DNA of 64,000 nt from Candidatus Latescibacterota bacterium (GTDB lineage: Bacteria; Latescibacterota; UBA2968; GCA-2709665). Position numbers and translations under genes: made by a program. Positions within the stretch are counted from its first letter, which is position 1, and the number at the start of each line of letters is the position of its first letter. Below the pieces are notes generated by a model, which was not told the DNA's origin, searched no databases, and was given only the letters and a program-made list of their open reading frames with translations. Positions 59,923 to 64,000 of this stretch are shown in pieces. The stretch spans positions 3,328,001-3,392,000 of the forward strand of contig OZ242180.1 of the NCBI GenBank assembly GCA_965205485.1, given 5' to 3'.

Positions 59923-61224
59923 ATGGAAGAGCGACAACTTTTCGGAGGCTTCGCTCGAACCGACGTCACGCCCGAACTCGGCATTCTACTGATGGGCTAC
60001 CCCGATCCGGACCGGAAAGCGGAGTCTGTCCGCGACCCATTGCAGGCAAACGCCCTTGTTTTGAAGCAAGGAGAGACGACAGCGGTCCTGATCAGTCTGA
60101 CGATCTGCATTCTTGATGACGCAGGTGTAGAAGCGATTCGGCGGGGTATCCAGGAACAGACCGGCATACCTGCGGACAGTATCGTCGTCTGTACTGCGCA
60201 GACGCATTCCGCCCCCTGCACCATGACGTGTTGGGGATGGTGCGATAGGGACGAGACCTATGTCGATCTGCTCGTGAGCGAGAGCATCAAAGCGGCTGTG
60301 AAAGCCAGTCAGAATTTGAAGAAAATCCAGGTCGGCATTGGTACGACTGAAAGCGATGTGGGCGTAAATCGCAGGGCGATCAAGGCTGACCACTCGGTTG
60401 GGCTGGGATACAACCCCTGGGGAATCTACGACCCGGAAATGACGGTTGTCTGCTTTCAAAGCGCAGACGGTCCTCTGGCGACCCTGATTCACTACGGCGC
60501 ACACCCCACCGTTCTTTCAAGCAAGAGCAGAGCGATCTCGCGCGATTGGCCTGGGGTGATGATCGATCGGGTCGAAGACCTTACTGGCGCTCCGGCGCTT
60601 TTTGTCAACGGTGCGGTGGGCGATATAGCTCCCCGGAGCAATATCCTTGGTTCTGTCGGAGACGGAGAGGCCGCGTTGCTGGAGGTCGGCACGCGGGCGG
60701 GGATGGATGCCATGCGGGCCATTCGCGCCATCAAGGAATTCCGTAACGTGGAGCTGGGCGTCACGACCGGTGCATACCAATTACCCTACAGGCCTTTGCC
60801 CCCGGAGGATGAAGCCAGCCGCAATCTTGCAGAGGCTGAGCTTCATCGGAACGAATACGGTAGAGGCATGTGTGAATACAAATATTGGCAGGCCGTTGTC
60901 AGATCTCAGCAGGCCGCGCCAGTTTCCGGCAAGAACTATCTCCAGGTCATTCTGCGCCTCGGTCCGATCGCGATCGTGCCGTTTCCGGGAGAACCATTTG
61001 CTGAAATCGTCCTTCGCCTTCGTGATTTCAGTCCTGCGCAATACACGCTCTGCGCCAGTACATCCTGTGGGAGCAACGGGTACTTCGTTACGCGTGAGTC
61101 CCTGGACCGGGGCGGGTATGAGGTCTGGGTAGCGAGAGCGATGGGAGCGTATATCCTGGCGGAGAATATTGATGATGTGCTCGTAGAGAAAAACTTGAGG
61201 CTTCTTACGGAAGCCTACGCATAA
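59923..61224 (+). CDS. Neutral/alkaline ceramidase-like N-terminal domain hydrolase
   Basis: G.AR.DVTP...LMGY, DPL.A.AL, THSAP, NRR, YGAHP, SRDWPG, NGA.GD, PGEPF, GYE. Confidence 0.75.
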   Translation: MEERQLFGGFARTDVTPELGILLMGYPDPDRKAESVRDPLQANALVLKQGETTAVLISLTICILDDAGVEAIRRGIQEQTGIPADSIVVCTAQTHSAPCTMTCWGWCDRDETYVDLLVSESIKAAVKASQNLKKIQVGIGTTESDVGVNRRAIKADHSVGLGYNPWGIYDPEMTVVCFQSADGPLATLIHYGAHPTVLSSKSRAISRDWPGVMIDRVEDLTGAPALFVNGAVGDIAPRSNILGSVGDGEAALLEVGTRAGMDAMRAIRAIKEFRNVELGVTTGAYQLPYRPLPPEDEASRNLAEAELHRNEYGRGMCEYKYWQAVVRSQQAAPVSGKNYLQVILRLGPIAIVPFPGEPFAEIVLRLRDFSPAQYTLCASTSCGSNGYFVTRESLDRGGYEVWVARAMGAYILAENIDDVLVEKNLRLLTEAYA

Positions 61225-61533
61225 GGAAACGCATAACGCGGGATGAGGAGACGGACGCGACGGCGCCCTGGATCCTGGACGAGGCGTCGGGTCGGTGAAA
61301 AGGGGGGCTTCCTGCCCAATCCACGTTCGAGCCGGTTTTCCTTGCTCTGAGCGGACACACAATGTATCTTAAACACAGTAACAAGCCGACTGGTTTTTGC
61401 TACGCCCATGTACTCCCCCCACATGGTATCCCCGACCTGACGACGATCCACTTCCGAAAGCCAGCCTCTACGACGATCGCTGTTCCCTTGAGTGTCTCCC
61501 CCCAGAGGCCTTCACCTGAACAGGACCATACCC

Positions 61534-62586
61534 ATGCTAAATGAATCCCAGATCAGAGAACTGGTGGCCGACAGCGGGGCACGCGTCAACGAAGGGCGTC
61601 CGATCAAGCAGATTATCGCCGATGGTGATCTTCCGCGACTCGATGGCTGCACCATCCTGGAGGGGAAGGTATCGGACTCGGTGTTTGGCGAGAACCTCGC
61701 GACCAACGAAGGCCAGCCGATCCGGCTGATGTTCCGGAACAACCGGATATCGACGCACGATGTGAATCGCGGGGCCATCCCGTTCAAAGATCAGGTGCTG
61801 GCTGCCAATCATGACCACATGTTGCGTCTGGTGGAACACGTATTGGGCAGTTCTCAGTTCAAGGTGCCTGGTCTTCAGGCCAGTTCGACGGTGATTCCGT
61901 CAGAGAATCTGAAGCTGATCATGGTGGAGAACGTCCTTCGGATGTATAACGCCGAGAGTAGCACCTCGACGTCCCTCTTTCAACACTGGCTGCAGGCCAG
62001 GGAGGCGGGTGAGGCGACGCTCGACTATGCGGGCCATCAGATCGACGTGGATCAGTTGTCCGCCAATGGCGTGCTGCCATACCTGATGGATACGCCGAGC
62101 ACCAAGGACAAGGTGGATCGTACGATCGATCCACAGTATCTCTTTGACAACAATGTCTGCACGCCCGGCCAATACAACGAGCTCCGCAACGCATCCATCA
62201 TGGCTTTCGGGATGGTCTCCCAGTATCTCGCCGAGCGCGGAATGATCCTCGTGGACACGAAGACGGAACACGGGGTCAACACAGAAGGTCGGATCGTGGC
62301 GGCAGACGAATTGTACACGATGGACTCAAGCCGCTTCTGGCGTATGGACGGCGGCGGACAGCCGCTGACGCGGAATGGCAAACCGGTTTCGTTTTCGAAA
62401 GAATTCGCGCGAGGAATGGTTACGGAGAAGGACCAGCAGTTCACGGAAGAGCAGGCGGGAGAAATCGCTGTCCGCTACATTCAGGGTCTGCAGCATCTAA
62501 CGAGCGAGGCATTCGAGCCGGATCTGCGGCCTCGCGATCAACGCATCGTTGAATCGACCAATCTCATTCTGGACCATCTGCTATAG
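61534..62586 (+). CDS. purC: SAICAR synthase
   Basis: GKV, RISTHD, IPFK, TPSTK, LVDTK.E.G, DE..T.DSSRFW, SKEF.R. Confidence 0.88.
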   Translation: MLNESQIRELVADSGARVNEGRPIKQIIADGDLPRLDGCTILEGKVSDSVFGENLATNEGQPIRLMFRNNRISTHDVNRGAIPFKDQVLAANHDHMLRLVEHVLGSSQFKVPGLQASSTVIPSENLKLIMVENVLRMYNAESSTSTSLFQHWLQAREAGEATLDYAGHQIDVDQLSANGVLPYLMDTPSTKDKVDRTIDPQYLFDNNVCTPGQYNELRNASIMAFGMVSQYLAERGMILVDTKTEHGVNTEGRIVAADELYTMDSSRFWRMDGGGQPLTRNGKPVSFSKEFARGMVTEKDQQFTEEQAGEIAVRYIQGLQHLTSEAFEPDLRPRDQRIVESTNLILDHLL

Positions 62587-62706
62587 ACCGAAACGGGCGC
62601 AGGTCGACACTGCCCTTCTCCTCGACCTTCCGGGTGATGGCGTGCCGGAAGGGGTAAGGCCGGTGAAGGTGGCGTGGGTTGGACCTCATCGAGGAGGTGA
62701 AACGAA

Positions 62707-62736
62707 CGGGGCTTACGTCGTGCGACGTAAGCCCCG
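62707..62736. repeat. 14-bp perfect inverted repeat (hairpin) in the purC-LamG intergenic region
   Basis: CGGGGCTTACGTCG-tg-CGACGTAAGCCCCG. Confidence 0.75.
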
Positions 62737-62813
62737 CTGCGTTATACGGAGCAGAAACAGCCCGGACGTTCTGCGGAACGCAAGTCAGACCTTTCGGAGA
62801 TACGAGTGTCAAT

Positions 62814-64000
62814 ATGGGAACGAAGATAGGGCTGATCCTCCTCTCCCTCGCCGTCGGCGCCGCGGCGGCGGAGGAGGGCCTCGTGGCGCACTACATGTTC
62901 GATGAGGGGGCCGGCTCCGTGGCCGGCGATGCCTCGGGCCACGGCCTCCAGGGCGCCATTCACGGGGCCGAGTACGTGGAACTGGATCAGGGCTACGCCC
63001 TCCGCTTCGACGGGGTGGATGACTACGTGGAGATCCCGGACTCGGAGATGCTGAGACTCTCCGATGCGGTCACGGTGACCTGCTGGGTGAACACGTCCGT
63101 CAGATCCGGGCAGACCGTACTGTCGAAGAACGGCTGCAGCACGCTGCGCCAGAACTACCGGCTCAGCCTCGGCCAGAACGCGGTCCGGTTCTCCCTGGTG
63201 GAGTGTCCCGAGCACGGCAAGAGCGCCGCCGGCGGAGGCGTCCGGCAGGACAGCTGGTTTCACCTGGCCGGCAGGTACGACGGCGACGGGATCAGGGTTT
63301 ACGTGAACGGCGGCCTGAGAGGGCGGTACGGTGAGCCCTTCGCGACCGGCACCCTGGAGGCGCCGATGTACATCGGCGCCAGCTTCTACGGCTCCGGCCT
63401 GGGCGGCCACTTCACGGGTCAGATCGACGACGTCCGGGTGTACAACCGCGCCCTGTCAGACCGGGAGATCGTCACTCAATACGAGGCGGAAAAGGACCTG
63501 AGGATATCGATGCGGGATCGCCTGATGGCGCAGACCACGCCGGTGGTGGAGAGGGACACCAGGCCGCCGGCGCTCGTGCTCCCCAGCCCCGCGCCGGACA
63601 CGAGGGTCGACGGTTCGCCGGTCATCTCGGCTGTCTTCGATGACGAGGGCTCGGGCATCGACGTCGCCTCCGTGCGGGTCCTGCTGGACGGCGAGGACGT
63701 CACCGCCGGCGCCGCCGTAGCGGAGGGCGGATTCACCTTCTCGGAGACCGGAGCCCTGGAGGACGGCATCCACCAGGTGGAGGTGGTCGTCAACGACCGC
63801 GCCGGCAACGCCGGCAATCGACTGCGCTGGCGCTTCGGCGTCAACGAGCCGGTTTCATTGGAGTCGCGTTTCGACGGGGACGTGTTTCGCGTCAACGGCG
63901 AGCCCTTTTTTCCGGTGGGAATCTACTCGTCGAACGTCTCACCCACGAGCAGGATGCCCTATATCGCCCAGGCGGCCGAGGCCGGGATCAACTACAAGCT
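62814..64000 (+). CDS. Exported LamG-like jellyroll protein with Ig-like domain and probable downstream glycoside-hydrolase-like region (runs off window; absent from ORF track)
   Basis: MGTKIGLILLSLAVGAAAA signal; LVAHYMFDEG, ALRFDGVDDYV, WFHLAG.YDG, F.GQIDDVRVYNRAL; VNGEPFFPVGIY. Confidence 0.85.
   Translation, partial: MGTKIGLILLSLAVGAAAAEEGLVAHYMFDEGAGSVAGDASGHGLQGAIHGAEYVELDQGYALRFDGVDDYVEIPDSEMLRLSDAVTVTCWVNTSVRSGQTVLSKNGCSTLRQNYRLSLGQNAVRFSLVECPEHGKSAAGGGVRQDSWFHLAGRYDGDGIRVYVNGGLRGRYGEPFATGTLEAPMYIGASFYGSGLGGHFTGQIDDVRVYNRALSDREIVTQYEAEKDLRISMRDRLMAQTTPVVERDTRPPALVLPSPAPDTRVDGSPVISAVFDDEGSGIDVASVRVLLDGEDVTAGAAVAEGGFTFSETGALEDGIHQVEVVVNDRAGNAGNRLRWRFGVNEPVSLESRFDGDVFRVNGEPFFPVGIYSSNVSPTSRMPYIAQAAEAGINYK

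Overview
GC-rich bacterial chromosomal segment. The yggS-yggT-mtnP-ileS(type 2)-dksA-like-lspA-rluD gene order resembles FCB-group/Latescibacterota-like organisms (inference). It has four blocks. (1) 1-13.6 kb: catabolic/accessory enzymes (C26 amidotransferase-type hydrolase, amidase, dimethylformamidase-beta-like, amidohydrolase, transglutaminase-like, UxuA-like, frameshifted RPH/PigC-type PEP-utiliser). (2) 13.8-21.9 kb: housekeeping operon. (3) 21.9-40 kb: respiratory gene cluster with a divergent 2[4Fe-4S] ferredoxin, HEAT protein, Rieske, split b6-type cytochrome b with heme-ci Cys, 8-heme cytochrome c, cupredoxin-like protein, A1-type aa3 oxidase and assembly factors. The ferredoxin and the Rieske protein share an unusual ~28-aa N-terminal motif (xDLxxxDxIxDRVARAxAKAExxRKA). 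A family-B DNA polymerase ending in a QLSLF clamp motif follows. (4) ~45.4-61.3 kb: an AT-richer array of short co-oriented genes (methyltransferases, GNAT, TA pair, APH, VOC, serine hydrolase) separated by attC-like hairpins. No integrase is present in the window (CALIN-like). One cassette has complementary non-canonical GTC/GAC cores, and four copies of a ~190-bp MITE-like repeat are interspersed. Two other MITE families occur. No rRNA, tRNA or CRISPR array was recognised. All annotations are by eye from motifs; no database searches were run.
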